DNA from: an uncultured Gemmatimonadota bacterium
Lineage (GTDB): Bacteria; Gemmatimonadota; Gemmatimonadetes; Palauibacterales; Palauibacteraceae
Assembly (NCBI GenBank): GCA_964627425.1
Contig: CAZVIY010000008.1
Span: 2,586 to 66,585 of the forward strand
DNA: 64,000 bases
Reading direction: 5' to 3'
The notes beneath the pieces were generated by a model that searched no databases, was not told where the DNA came from, and saw nothing but the letters and a program-made list of their open reading frames with translations. Below, piece after piece: positions 29,509 through 38,915 of this stretch. The position numbers and the translations under genes were made by a program. Position 1 is the first letter of the stretch, and every line of letters begins with the position of its first letter.

Positions 29509-30728
29509 CCGCCACCCGGGTCAAGCTCTCCACCATGATGTTCCTCCAGTACTTCATCTGGGGGAGCTGGTTCGTGACCATGGGGACCTACCTGAGCATG
29601 ACCCTGGGCTTCAGCGGCCAGCAGGTGGGCCTGGCCTACGGCGCGACGGCCATCGCGGCGCTGGTCTCCCCCTTCTTCCTGGGGATCGTGGCCGACCGCT
29701 TCTTCCCCTCGGAGAAGCTCCTGGCCGCCCTCCACCTGGGGGGCGCCGTCGTCATGTGGCTGGTCACCACCCGGACCGAGTTCGCCGAGTTCTACCCGCT
29801 CCTGATCCTGTACGCCCTCTTCTACATGCCCACCCTCAACCTCACCAACTCGGTGGCCTTCCACCACGTGGAGGACGCCAATCGGGACTTCCCCGTCATC
29901 AGGGTGCTGGGGACGGTGGGCTGGATCGTGGCGGGGGTCATCGTGGGCAGGGTGCTCCGGGCCGACGCCCTGGTGCTGCCGCTGCAGCTCGCCGCCGGGG
30001 CCTCGGCCGTCATGGCGCTGTTCTGCCTCTGGCTGCCCCACACGCCGCCCCCCGACGCGGGCGAGCCCTTCAGCGTCCGCGACGCCCTGGGGCTCGACGC
30101 CCTCTCCCTGCTGAAGGAAACGCCCTTCCTGGTCTTCATCGTGGGCTCCTTTCTGCTGTGCATCCCGCTGCAGTTCTACTACGCTTTCACCAACCCCTTC
30201 CTGAACGAGATCGGCGCCCCCGACCCCGCCTTCATCCAGACGTTCGGGCAGGTGAGCGAGATCGCGTTCATGCTGCTCCTCCCCCTGCTGCTCCCCCGGT
30301 TCGGCATCAAGAAGGTCCTGCTCCTGGGCATGGCGGCGTGGGGGGTGCGCTACCTGGCCTTCGGCGCCGGCGACGCGGGCTCGGGGATGTGGCTCCTCTA
30401 CCTGGGGATCGTGCTCCACGGCGTCTGCTACGACTTCTTCTTCGTGGCCGGCCAGATCTACACCGACGAGAAGGCGGGCGAGAAGCTCCGCGGGGCCGCC
30501 CAGGGATTCCTCAACTTCGTCACCAACGGCGTGGGCTACTTCATCGGCGCCTTCGTGTCGGGCCAGGTGGTGGACATGTTCGTGCTCCCCGACGGCACCC
30601 ACGACTGGGCGAGCATCTGGCTGGTCCCGGCGGTGGGCGCCCTGGTCATCGCCGTGCTGTTCGCCCTCTTCTTCCATCCCCGCGAGGAGTCGTCCTCGCC
30701 GGAGCCGGCCGTGGCCGAGGCGGCATGA
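29505..30728 (+). CDS. MFS transporter, nucleoside:H+ symporter-like family
   Basis: GTG start overlaps the upstream stop. [20 protein letters not shown] is a typical Nuc_H_symport/YegT-like N-terminus. About 12 TM helices. Confidence 0.8.
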   Translation: MTATRVKLSTMMFLQYFIWGSWFVTMGTYLSMTLGFSGQQVGLAYGATAIAALVSPFFLGIVADRFFPSEKLLAALHLGGAVVMWLVTTRTEFAEFYPLLILYALFYMPTLNLTNSVAFHHVEDANRDFPVIRVLGTVGWIVAGVIVGRVLRADALVLPLQLAAGASAVMALFCLWLPHTPPPDAGEPFSVRDALGLDALSLLKETPFLVFIVGSFLLCIPLQFYYAFTNPFLNEIGAPDPAFIQTFGQVSEIAFMLLLPLLLPRFGIKKVLLLGMAAWGVRYLAFGAGDAGSGMWLLYLGIVLHGVCYDFFFVAGQIYTDEKAGEKLRGAAQGFLNFVTNGVGYFIGAFVSGQVVDMFVLPDGTHDWASIWLVPAVGALVIAVLFALFFHPREESSSPEPAVAEAA

Positions 30729-30816
30729 CGCGCCAGGGGCCCGCGCGACGCGGCATGATTGTCCTCGCGGACGGCGATCCCGCAGTGCAGGAGCGAACCG
30801 GAACCGGAGCGTACCC

Positions 30817-32190
30817 ATGACCCACCGAGACACCTCGCGCCACATCTCCCGCAGGGACTTCGTCACCGGCGCCGCCGCCATCGGCGCCGCCTCCATCGTC
30901 CCCTCCGGGGGCGTCCGACCCGCGCCGCTCCAGGGGGCGGATCGGGGAGGACAGGAAGACGAGGAGCCGGTGGACGTGGCGTGCATCGGGGTGGGCGGCA
31001 TGGGCCTGAACGACGTGAAGGGCGTGGACGAGGCCGGCTTCAACGTCGTCGCGCTCTGCGACGTGGACGAGGCGCGGGCCGAGGAGGCCTACACTCTCCA
31101 TCCCGACGCCCGGCGCTACACGGACTGGCGGGAGCTGTTGGAGGCCGAGACCGACGTGCCCGCCGTCACCGTCTCCACCCCCGACCACACCCACGCCGTG
31201 ATCACCATGGCGGCCCTGGAGGCGGGCAAGCACGTCTACACCCAGAAGCCGCTGGTCCGGACCCTGGCCGAGGCGCGGGCGGTGCGGGCCGAGGCGGGCC
31301 GCCGGCCCGGCCAGGTCACCCAGATGGGCAACCAGGGCCACGCACAGGACGGCGTGCGCCTCATGCGGGAGTGGGTGGAGGCGGGTCTCATCGGCGAGGT
31401 CCGCGAGGTGCACTACTGGACGAACCGGCCCATCTGGCCCCAGGGGATGCAGCGCCCCACCGACCTGCACGTGCCCCGGCCCTCCTTCGACTGGGACCTG
31501 TGGCTCGGCCCGGCCCGGGAGCGGCCCTACAACCCGGCCTACGCCCCCTTCAGCTGGCGCGGCTGGTGGGACTTCGGCACCGGGGCCCTGGGCGACATGG
31601 CGTGCCACCTCATGGACGCCGCCTACTGGATCCTGGAGCTGGGCTACCCCGAGTGGGTGGAGGCCGAGTGCAGCCAGGTGTACGACGAGACCGCGCCCGA
31701 GGCCTCCCGGGTGGTCTACCGGTACCCGGCCCGGGGCGGCCGGCGGTCCGTCCGCATCGTCTGGCGGGACGGCGGCATGATCCCCCGGGAGCCGGAGGAG
31801 TGGCCCGAGGAGGAGCCGTGGCCTCCGTCGTCCACGGGAGGGCAGCTCTGGGTGGGGACCGACGGGAAGATGGTCGCGGGCACCTACGCCCAGGACCCCC
31901 GGCTGCTGGACGCCGACCTCATGGAGAAGCTGGAGGAGGAGCCCCTGGAGGAGCGCTACCCGCGCACCGACGGCGTCTACTCGGAGTGGATCGAGGCCAT
32001 CCGCGCCGGCGAGAAGGCCGGCAGCGACTTCGCCACCTACGCGGCGGGCTTCACCGAGATGGTCCTGCTGGGCTGCCTGGCCCAGCGCCTCAGGACGCGG
32101 CTCGAGGTGAACCCGGACTCCGGCGCGATCCTCAGCGACGTCCCCGAGGAGTACGTGGATCCTCCCTACCGGGAGGGCTGGAGCCTGTGA
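30817..32190 (+). CDS. Gfo/Idh/MocA family oxidoreductase with Tat signal
   Basis: Twin-arginine signal SRRDFVTGAAAIGAA. Rossmann motif VACIGVGGMG. 457 aa. Confidence 0.85.
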   Translation: MTHRDTSRHISRRDFVTGAAAIGAASIVPSGGVRPAPLQGADRGGQEDEEPVDVACIGVGGMGLNDVKGVDEAGFNVVALCDVDEARAEEAYTLHPDARRYTDWRELLEAETDVPAVTVSTPDHTHAVITMAALEAGKHVYTQKPLVRTLAEARAVRAEAGRRPGQVTQMGNQGHAQDGVRLMREWVEAGLIGEVREVHYWTNRPIWPQGMQRPTDLHVPRPSFDWDLWLGPARERPYNPAYAPFSWRGWWDFGTGALGDMACHLMDAAYWILELGYPEWVEAECSQVYDETAPEASRVVYRYPARGGRRSVRIVWRDGGMIPREPEEWPEEEPWPPSSTGGQLWVGTDGKMVAGTYAQDPRLLDADLMEKLEEEPLEERYPRTDGVYSEWIEAIRAGEKAGSDFATYAAGFTEMVLLGCLAQRLRTRLEVNPDSGAILSDVPEEYVDPPYREGWSL

Positions 32191-32252
32191 GGGGGGACTT
32201 CAGCCTCTGAAGCGCGGCCTGGGGCGGCGGAGCGGAGGACGGCGCTCCGGCC

Positions 32253-33515
32253 TCACGGCGACCACTCCCCCCGGGCCACCGCGGGCACGAAGTCGTCGAT
32301 CCCCTCCGGCGGATACTCCAGGGTCCGGCCCTCCTCGGCGCTCCGGTAGGCGGTCATGAGGAGGCGCACCACCTCCACCCCGTCGTCGAAGGTGAGCCGC
32401 GGCTCCTCCTTGCCCAGGAAGGCCCGGCAGAAGTGCCGGTCCTCGGCGCTGTAGCCGTAGGCGGCCCACTCCTCGGCCACCACGGGCATCTGCCCCGTCT
32501 CGGCGTTCTGCTTCTCCACCAGGTCCTCGCCGGCCTCGCCCCGCACCTCCCGGCTGAAGAAGAGGTCCAGCCCCGACTCCAGGGAGTTCCACTCCATGGC
32601 GTACTCGGGGCCCAGCAGCTCGGCCGAGAGCCGGAGCCCCGCGCCCACGTAGCACCAGCTGGTGGTGGCCTCGCCCAGGACGGTCCGGCCGTCCTCGGTC
32701 TCGAACTCGACGTTCACGCTGGCGAAGTCCTCGGCCGGGGCGTCCCGGTAGTCGGTCCCCGGCATCTCCCGGGACAGCGCGTCGGCGTAGTCGGGCCGCG
32801 TCCACTTGAGGGAGGCGATCTGCCCGGTCACGCGGACCGGACGGACGGTGGAGAGCGGGCGCCCGGGCTCGGTCAGCAGGTGGCGGACCACCAGCGCCGA
32901 ATGGCACATCATGTCGTTCAGCACGCCGCCGCCCTGGAGCTCGCCCTGCCAGAACCACGGCTCGTGGGGACCGGCGTGCTCCTCGGCCGCCCGCGCCAGG
33001 TAGGGCCGGCCCGTGTTCGCCGCGCCCCGGGCCCAGAGGAGCTCCCGGCCGCGCTCCACCTGGGGGGCGAAGACCTGGTTCTCCAGATAGCCGTGGGCCA
33101 GCCCGGTCTCCCGGATCAGGCGCCGGACCTCCAGGGCCTCGGCCACGTTTCGGGCCAGGGGCTTCTCGCAGGCCACGCCCCGGAGCTCGGCGCCCTCGGC
33201 GACGGCCGCCACGATCTCCCGGACGTTCTCCACCCGGGCGTGGTTGGGCCCGCAGATCCAGACGGCCTCCACCGCCGGATCGGAGACCATCTCGCCGATG
33301 GAGCCGAAGGCCCGGGCGTCGCCCACGTCCAGCTCCCGGGCCAGCGCCGCCGCCTCCTCCCGGTGCTCCGGCGTGGGGCTCCACACACCCCGCACGTCGC
33401 CGTCGCGCACCTTCTGCCAGGCCCGCAGGTGGAACCCGACGTTGAAGCCGCTCCCGATGAACCCGACCCCCAGCCGGTCCTGCGCGCTCACGACGTCCCT
33501 CCCATCACGATCCAT
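32253..33515 (-). CDS. Gfo/Idh/MocA family oxidoreductase (cytoplasmic)
   Basis: LGVGFIGSGFNVGFH Rossmann N-terminus. EKPLA motif (CEKPLARN). Confidence 0.85.
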   Translation of the reverse strand: MDRDGRDVVSAQDRLGVGFIGSGFNVGFHLRAWQKVRDGDVRGVWSPTPEHREEAAALARELDVGDARAFGSIGEMVSDPAVEAVWICGPNHARVENVREIVAAVAEGAELRGVACEKPLARNVAEALEVRRLIRETGLAHGYLENQVFAPQVERGRELLWARGAANTGRPYLARAAEEHAGPHEPWFWQGELQGGGVLNDMMCHSALVVRHLLTEPGRPLSTVRPVRVTGQIASLKWTRPDYADALSREMPGTDYRDAPAEDFASVNVEFETEDGRTVLGEATTSWCYVGAGLRLSAELLGPEYAMEWNSLESGLDLFFSREVRGEAGEDLVEKQNAETGQMPVVAEEWAAYGYSAEDRHFCRAFLGKEEPRLTFDDGVEVVRLLMTAYRSAEEGRTLEYPPEGIDDFVPAVARGEWSP

Positions 33516-34179
33516 CCCCGTACTTCCGGTCCCACGCCTCGTAGCTCAGCCCCAGCTCCTCCAGCGCCTCGGGCGGCGCGCCCTCCCAGCCGGGCCGCAT
33601 GACGTTCCCCTCGTAGCCGACGTCCTCCACGCCCATGCGGCTGGAGAAGAACCCCGCGCCCACCAGGTCCCGGACCCGGGTGAACCACTCGGCCCGGTCC
33701 TCCAGCTCCGGCGGCGCCTCCTCGGGCCACGCCACCTGGTCCAGGATCTCCTCGCGGACCTCCGGGGATGCCTCCGCGAACGCCCCGTCGTCGGACCGGG
33801 CGGATGCGGCGGCCGCGCCCCCTCCTTCCCCGGAGGCGCCCTCCTCCCGGCGCCGGAAGGCCTGGACGTCGAGCCAGCGGAGTCCCTCGCGCCACTCGAC
33901 CTGCTCCCGGCCGTCGGAGATGCTGAGGACGAAGTCCACGTATTCCACGGTACCGGCGTCGCTGGCGCCCCCGGAGCGCTCGTCGGCGGGGATCACCGTG
34001 TCGGCCAGCGCCGTCATGGTCTCCACCTCGCCGGGACGCAGGAACGCCCACTCGTACCCCCCTTCCTGCCGCCGGAGGAAGCTCGCCAGCACCGGCGACG
34101 GCAGGGCGTAGCCCGCGCCCAGCCCCAGGGCCCCGCCGCCCATCCGCCTGAGCGCCTCGCGCCGGGAGATGTCCGTCAC
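33505..34179 (-). CDS. Gluconate 2-dehydrogenase subunit 3-like small Tat-signal subunit
   Basis: GTG start at 34179 overlaps the GMC stop (GTGA). Tat signal (V)TDISRREALRRMGGGALGL. Sits downstream of a GMC oxidoreductase, as in FAD sugar dehydrogenase complexes. Confidence 0.7.
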   Translation of the reverse strand: MTDISRREALRRMGGGALGLGAGYALPSPVLASFLRRQEGGYEWAFLRPGEVETMTALADTVIPADERSGGASDAGTVEYVDFVLSISDGREQVEWREGLRWLDVQAFRRREEGASGEGGGAAAASARSDDGAFAEASPEVREEILDQVAWPEEAPPELEDRAEWFTRVRDLVGAGFFSSRMGVEDVGYEGNVMRPGWEGAPPEALEELGLSYEAWDRKYGDGS

Positions 34180-35879
34180 AGCCGCCCCCTCTTCATCTCC
34201 CGGACGATCCGCTCCGAGGTGCGCCACGCCAGCGCCATGATGGTCCAGGTCGGGTTCTTGTCGGGCTGGGAGACGAAGGGCGCGCCGTCCACCACGTACA
34301 GGTTCGGCACCTCGTGGACCCGGAGCCACGGGTCCACCACGCTCTCCGCGGGGTCCTCGCCCATGCGCGCGCCGCCCAGCTCGTGGATGATAGTGCCGCC
34401 GGTGGAGATCCCGTAATCCTCCTCCGGCCCCGGCATCTCGCCGAAGGGCTCGCCGCCCATCTCGCGGATCAGGCCGCGGAGGGTCTCCTGCATGTGCTTC
34501 ACCTGCAGGCGCTCCCGGTCGCTCCACGAGAAGTTGATCCTGAGGGACGGGATGCCCCACTCGTCGGTCACGTCGGGATCGATCTCCAGGTAGGAGTCGG
34601 CGTTGGGCACCATCTCGCCCCGGCCGTGGAAGCCCACCACGCTCCCGTAGTGCTCGCGGTACGCCTCCTTGAGGTCCCGGCCGTAGCCGCCGAAGTCGGG
34701 GTAGCGGTGGATCCCGCCCATGAACCCGGCGCCGGGCTGGCCGAAGCCGCCGAACACCTCCACGTGGTAGCCCCGTGGGAAGTCGAGGTCGGCGTCCTCG
34801 AGCCACCAGGGGATGTAGACGTGGCCGCTGCCGGCGCCGTCCTCGTTGTAGCGCATGCGCCCGGAGAGACGGGGCACGTGCCCCGCCACCGTGGTGCCCG
34901 TGGAGTCGGTGATCCCCCGGCCCAGGTTCCCGCCCGAGGCCCCGATCCCGTCGGGGAAGAGCGGCGAGGTGGAGTTCATCAGCAGCCGCACCGACTCGAA
35001 GGCGCTGGCCGCCAGGACCACCACACGCGCCTCGGCGTGGCGGTCCCGACCCGTGGTCTTGTCGACGTAGTGGACCCCGGTGGCCCGGCCCTCCCGGTCC
35101 ACCGTGACCTCCCGGACCATGGCGTCGGTGACCAGGGTCAGCCGGCCGCTCTCCACCGCCGGGTGGACGAAGACGTTGGTGCTGGAGAAGTTGGAGTTGG
35201 TGGCGCACCCCCGGTTGCACTGCCCGCAGTAGTGGCACGCCGGCCGGCCGTTCTTGGACTCGGTGAGGATGGACATCCGCGCCGGGATGCAGGGGATCCC
35301 CCTGGCCTCGGCGGCCTCCATGACCAGGAGCTCGTAGAGCCGGGGGCGGGGCGGAGGCTGGAAGATGCCGTCGGGATGGTTCCGCAGGCCCTCCTCGCTG
35401 CCGAAGATCCCCACGAAGCGGTCCAGCTCGTCGTAATACGGCTCCAGGTCCTCGTAGGAGATGGGCCAGCTCGGCGAGAGGCCGTCCAGCTCGCCCCGGC
35501 GGAAGTCGTCCGGGCCGAAGCGCAGCGAGATCCGTCCCCAGTGGTTCGTCCGGCCCCCGACCATGCGGGCGCGCCACCAGGAGAAGTCGTCGTCCTCGGC
35601 CACCGTGTACGGCTCGCCCTCCAGCCACCACCCGCCGATGCAGGCGTCGAACTCGCCGAAGTGCCGGCTGGGGATCCAGCCGCCCCGCCGCTTCGTCTCG
35701 TACGGCCAGGTGAACATGTCCGAGTCGGTGCGGTTGTCCCACGGCCCCCCGGCCTCCAGCATGAGGACGCTGGCACCGGCCCGGGTGAGCACGTGGGCGG
35801 CCGCCCCGCCGGCGGCGCCGGAGCCCACGATGAGGACGTCGTAGTCCTCGCGCTCCTGCGGGGCCCCGCGCGGGCTCAC
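34176..35879 (-). CDS. GMC family FAD-dependent oxidoreductase
   Basis: DYDVLIVGSGAAGGAAAHVL FAD-binding fold. Long GMC-like body. GTG 35879 chosen because it overlaps the upstream stop (GTGA). Confidence 0.85.
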   Translation of the reverse strand: MSPRGAPQEREDYDVLIVGSGAAGGAAAHVLTRAGASVLMLEAGGPWDNRTDSDMFTWPYETKRRGGWIPSRHFGEFDACIGGWWLEGEPYTVAEDDDFSWWRARMVGGRTNHWGRISLRFGPDDFRRGELDGLSPSWPISYEDLEPYYDELDRFVGIFGSEEGLRNHPDGIFQPPPRPRLYELLVMEAAEARGIPCIPARMSILTESKNGRPACHYCGQCNRGCATNSNFSSTNVFVHPAVESGRLTLVTDAMVREVTVDREGRATGVHYVDKTTGRDRHAEARVVVLAASAFESVRLLMNSTSPLFPDGIGASGGNLGRGITDSTGTTVAGHVPRLSGRMRYNEDGAGSGHVYIPWWLEDADLDFPRGYHVEVFGGFGQPGAGFMGGIHRYPDFGGYGRDLKEAYREHYGSVVGFHGRGEMVPNADSYLEIDPDVTDEWGIPSLRINFSWSDRERLQVKHMQETLRGLIREMGGEPFGEMPGPEEDYGISTGGTIIHELGGARMGEDPAESVVDPWLRVHEVPNLYVVDGAPFVSQPDKNPTWTIMALAWRTSERIVREMKRGRL

Positions 35880-36844
35880 GGCAGCTCCAGGCCGCTGAGG
35901 TAACGGTAGCTGGCCTCGGCCGAGGCGAAGGGATCCCGGGGCCGATCGTGCTCCACGAAGTGGTGATCCACGCCGGCCTCGAGCCCGGCCTCCAGGACGG
36001 CGGGCCAGTCGACGGTCCCGGCGCCCACGTCGGCCATGGATCCGTCGGCGGCCCGGTCCTTCACGTGGAGCGACGGGAGGCGGCCGGGCCACCGCTCCAG
36101 GAACGCGACCGGATCCGTGCCCCCCTCCAGCAGCCAGTAGACGTCGGCCTGCACCGACACGTGCTCCGGGGAGGTCTCCTGGAGCAGCAGGTCCAGGGGG
36201 ATCATCCCGTCCACGGGGCGGGCGGCCTCGGCGTGGTTGTGGAAGGCCAGCCCGATCCCCCGGTCGCGGGCCTCCTCGCCGGCGGCCTCGAAGCGCTCCG
36301 CCGTGCGGCGCCAGTCGTCGAGCGTGGCCCGCATCTCCGGGGGCAACGACGGCACCACCAGCCAGTCGTGGCCCATGACGGCGGCGGCGTCCAGGGTGGC
36401 CGTCCAGTCGTCGAATGCGTCCACGCCCACGTGGGCCGAGGGGGCGGCGAGCCCCGCCGCGTCCAGCGCCCGCCGGATCTCCTCCGGCGTACGGCCGAAG
36501 TACCCCGCGAACTCCACCTCCCGATAACCGATGGCCGCCACCCGCTCCAGCGTGGCCTCCACGCTCCCCGCCATGGCCCCCCGGAGCGTGTAGAGCTGGA
36601 GGCCCACGGGCGAGAGGGGCCCGGGCGGGCGGCCGACCCGCTCCCGGAGTGTGCGGGAGGACGCCCTCCCCCGCGGCAGCCTCGAGGCGCCGGAAAGCGC
36701 CGTCGGGGCCATCATCGCCCCCGCCGCCCCGCCGAGCAGGGCCAGGCCGGCCCGTCGAAGGGCCTCGCGCCGGCTCACCACGCCGTCGTCGTGGGCGTCG
36801 TGGGCGCCCCGCTCCGGATCGGGGCCGGTTTGGGCGTGGACCAT
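35876..36844 (-). CDS. Xylose isomerase-like TIM-barrel protein (sugar phosphate isomerase/epimerase family) with Tat signal
   Basis: SRREALRRAGLALLGGAAG Tat motif. AIGYREVEFAG and GLAFHNH are typical AP_endonuc_2/TIM-barrel motifs. Start is 36844 or 36895. Confidence 0.8.
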   Translation of the reverse strand: MVHAQTGPDPERGAHDAHDDGVVSRREALRRAGLALLGGAAGAMMAPTALSGASRLPRGRASSRTLRERVGRPPGPLSPVGLQLYTLRGAMAGSVEATLERVAAIGYREVEFAGYFGRTPEEIRRALDAAGLAAPSAHVGVDAFDDWTATLDAAAVMGHDWLVVPSLPPEMRATLDDWRRTAERFEAAGEEARDRGIGLAFHNHAEAARPVDGMIPLDLLLQETSPEHVSVQADVYWLLEGGTDPVAFLERWPGRLPSLHVKDRAADGSMADVGAGTVDWPAVLEAGLEAGVDHHFVEHDRPRDPFASAEASYRYLSGLELP

Positions 36845-36990
36845 GGGCTCGCGGCTCGTGGGGCTCGGGTGAGGACCGTCGAATCTCGGGCCCAAGCTAT
36901 TACGGCGGCGGCGGTTTTCGCGAGCCCCGGGAGCGGGCGCTCACGGCCCCGCGGAAACGGCCTCCCGGCTCCTCGGCGAATTCCGGCCGG

Positions 36991-38823
36991 CTATCCCCCG
37001 CCCTCCGGCAGGCTCCCGTCGGGCTCCAGGCCCCAGGAACCGTTCACCTCGCCGAGGAGCTCCCGGAACCGGGGATGGTCCCGGAGCGGATCGAACACCG
37101 GATCGTAGCGGAGGAAGACCGTGCGGACGTAGTCATAGTCCACCCGCGACAGGTGGGAGAGGGCGGCATCCCGATCACCCATCACCGTCCGGACGGCCCC
37201 GGCGACGAAGGGCGCGTCCTCCGCCTCCAGCTCCCGCAGGATCTCCCGCGCCGCCGCCTCGTCGCCCGACCTGTGCTGTGCGATGGCGAGCCAGCCCCAC
37301 GCCGCGCCCACGGCCAGCGACCCGGGATCCGTCTGCTCCAGGACCGTCCGGAGCGCGGAGATCGCCTCCTCCTGACGGCCGAGCCGCGAGAGGACGATCC
37401 CTTCGTAGAGAGGACCCGACGGATAGCCGGGAGACAGCTGCCGGCTCCGGCGCGCCTCCTCCAGTGCCCGCTCCAGGTCGCCCCTGCTGTAATACCAGCT
37501 CGCGAGGGCCACGTGGATCGGCGGGGACATCGGGTCCAGCTCCGCGGCCCGCTTCAGGGGAGTCCCGGCCTGTTCGAGCCGGCCCAGGGTCTCCAGCAGG
37601 TTGCCCAGCCAGTGATGGGCCCGGGCGTAGGAGGGCTTCAGCTCCACCGCCCGACGAAAGGCGCGGAGAGCTCCCGGCCCGTCGCGCTGGAGGTCCTGAC
37701 GGAGGAGACCCATCGACGCATGGGCCTCCGCCAGGTCGGGCCCGTGCTCCAGGGCCCGCTCCGCGGCATCCAGGGCCTCGGGGAGGAGGTCCTCGCGGGG
37801 CGCGTGGCCGTAGCTGGCGAGCACCGTCCGGGCGTCGGCCAGTCCCGCCCACGCCAGCGCATACGCCGAGTCCCGCTCGAGGGCCCGGCGGAAGGCATCC
37901 GCCCCCTTCCGCATCCCCTCTTCCGTGCGACGGTCCAGGTGGGTCCGTCCCCTCACGTAGAACCGGTAGGCCTCCAGGTCCCCGGTGGGTCGCCGCTCGA
38001 CCCGCTCCGCCTCGGCCGGGGTGAGCTCCGCCTCCAGCGACCGGGCGATCCTCTTCGTCAGCTCCGTCTGGATGGCGAAGAGGTTCCCGGTGGTCAGGTC
38101 CCGCCGGTAGGTGTCGGCCCAGGCGTGGGTCTCGGTCCGCGGATCGATGAGCTGGGCGTTCACCTGGATCTGGCCGCCCATCTGCTGGACGCCGCCCTCC
38201 ATCACCCACCGCACTCCCAGCTCGCCGGCGATCTCGCCGATGGTCTTCTCCGTCCCCCGGTACCCCTGGACGGCGGTCCGGGAGATGACCTTCAGGTCGG
38301 AGACGTTGGAGAGCCGGGCCAGGAGATCGTCGTGGATGCCCTCGACGAAGGGCCGGGCTCCCTCGGTGCCGCCGAGGTTCTCGAACGGGAGCACCGCGAT
38401 GGAGCGGTTCCCCGCCGGAGGCTCGGGCGCCTCGCCACCCCCCGTCAGATACCAGCCGCCGACGACGGCGGCCCCGACCAGGCCCAGGGCGAGCAGGAGC
38501 TTGTAGGCGGTACCCGCCCCTCCCCCCGAAGCTCCCACCTCCCCCCCGGCCTCCCGGGTCGTCTCCTCGTCCGGCGTCCGCCGCACGCCCTCCGGCGTCA
38601 GCTCGAAGGCCCACGCGATGACCAGCGCGATGGGAAAGCCGAGGAGGGCCGTCAGGACCACGGCCCGGTAGATCCAGTCCGGGAGGAGGAGCGCGGGAAC
38701 CAGCAGACGGGCGGCCTGGACCACGACGAACGCCGCCGCCGCGTAGGCGACCGCCACCCTGTACACGTTCCTCCGCCTCAGCTCGCGGAGGAAGCGGCGG
38801 AGCTCCTGGATCGGTCGGCCCAT
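36991..38823 (-). CDS. Membrane-anchored TolB-N-like/TPR repeat protein
   Basis: N-terminal FLRELRRRNVYRVAVAYAAAAFVVVQ plus TM helices. Central region and TPRs are paralogous to the C-terminal half of the 1-1842 product. Confidence 0.8.
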   Translation of the reverse strand: MGRPIQELRRFLRELRRRNVYRVAVAYAAAAFVVVQAARLLVPALLLPDWIYRAVVLTALLGFPIALVIAWAFELTPEGVRRTPDEETTREAGGEVGASGGGAGTAYKLLLALGLVGAAVVGGWYLTGGGEAPEPPAGNRSIAVLPFENLGGTEGARPFVEGIHDDLLARLSNVSDLKVISRTAVQGYRGTEKTIGEIAGELGVRWVMEGGVQQMGGQIQVNAQLIDPRTETHAWADTYRRDLTTGNLFAIQTELTKRIARSLEAELTPAEAERVERRPTGDLEAYRFYVRGRTHLDRRTEEGMRKGADAFRRALERDSAYALAWAGLADARTVLASYGHAPREDLLPEALDAAERALEHGPDLAEAHASMGLLRQDLQRDGPGALRAFRRAVELKPSYARAHHWLGNLLETLGRLEQAGTPLKRAAELDPMSPPIHVALASWYYSRGDLERALEEARRSRQLSPGYPSGPLYEGIVLSRLGRQEEAISALRTVLEQTDPGSLAVGAAWGWLAIAQHRSGDEAAAREILRELEAEDAPFVAGAVRTVMGDRDAALSHLSRVDYDYVRTVFLRYDPVFDPLRDHPRFRELLGEVNGSWGLEPDGSLPEGGG

Positions 38824-38915
38824 GGGCGTTCCCGATGGATGGATCGCGCGGGACTGGACTCACACGGCCTAAAGTTCGGTTCCGTCGGGAGCCTCTGGCA
38901 AGAGAGGAGAGGCGC

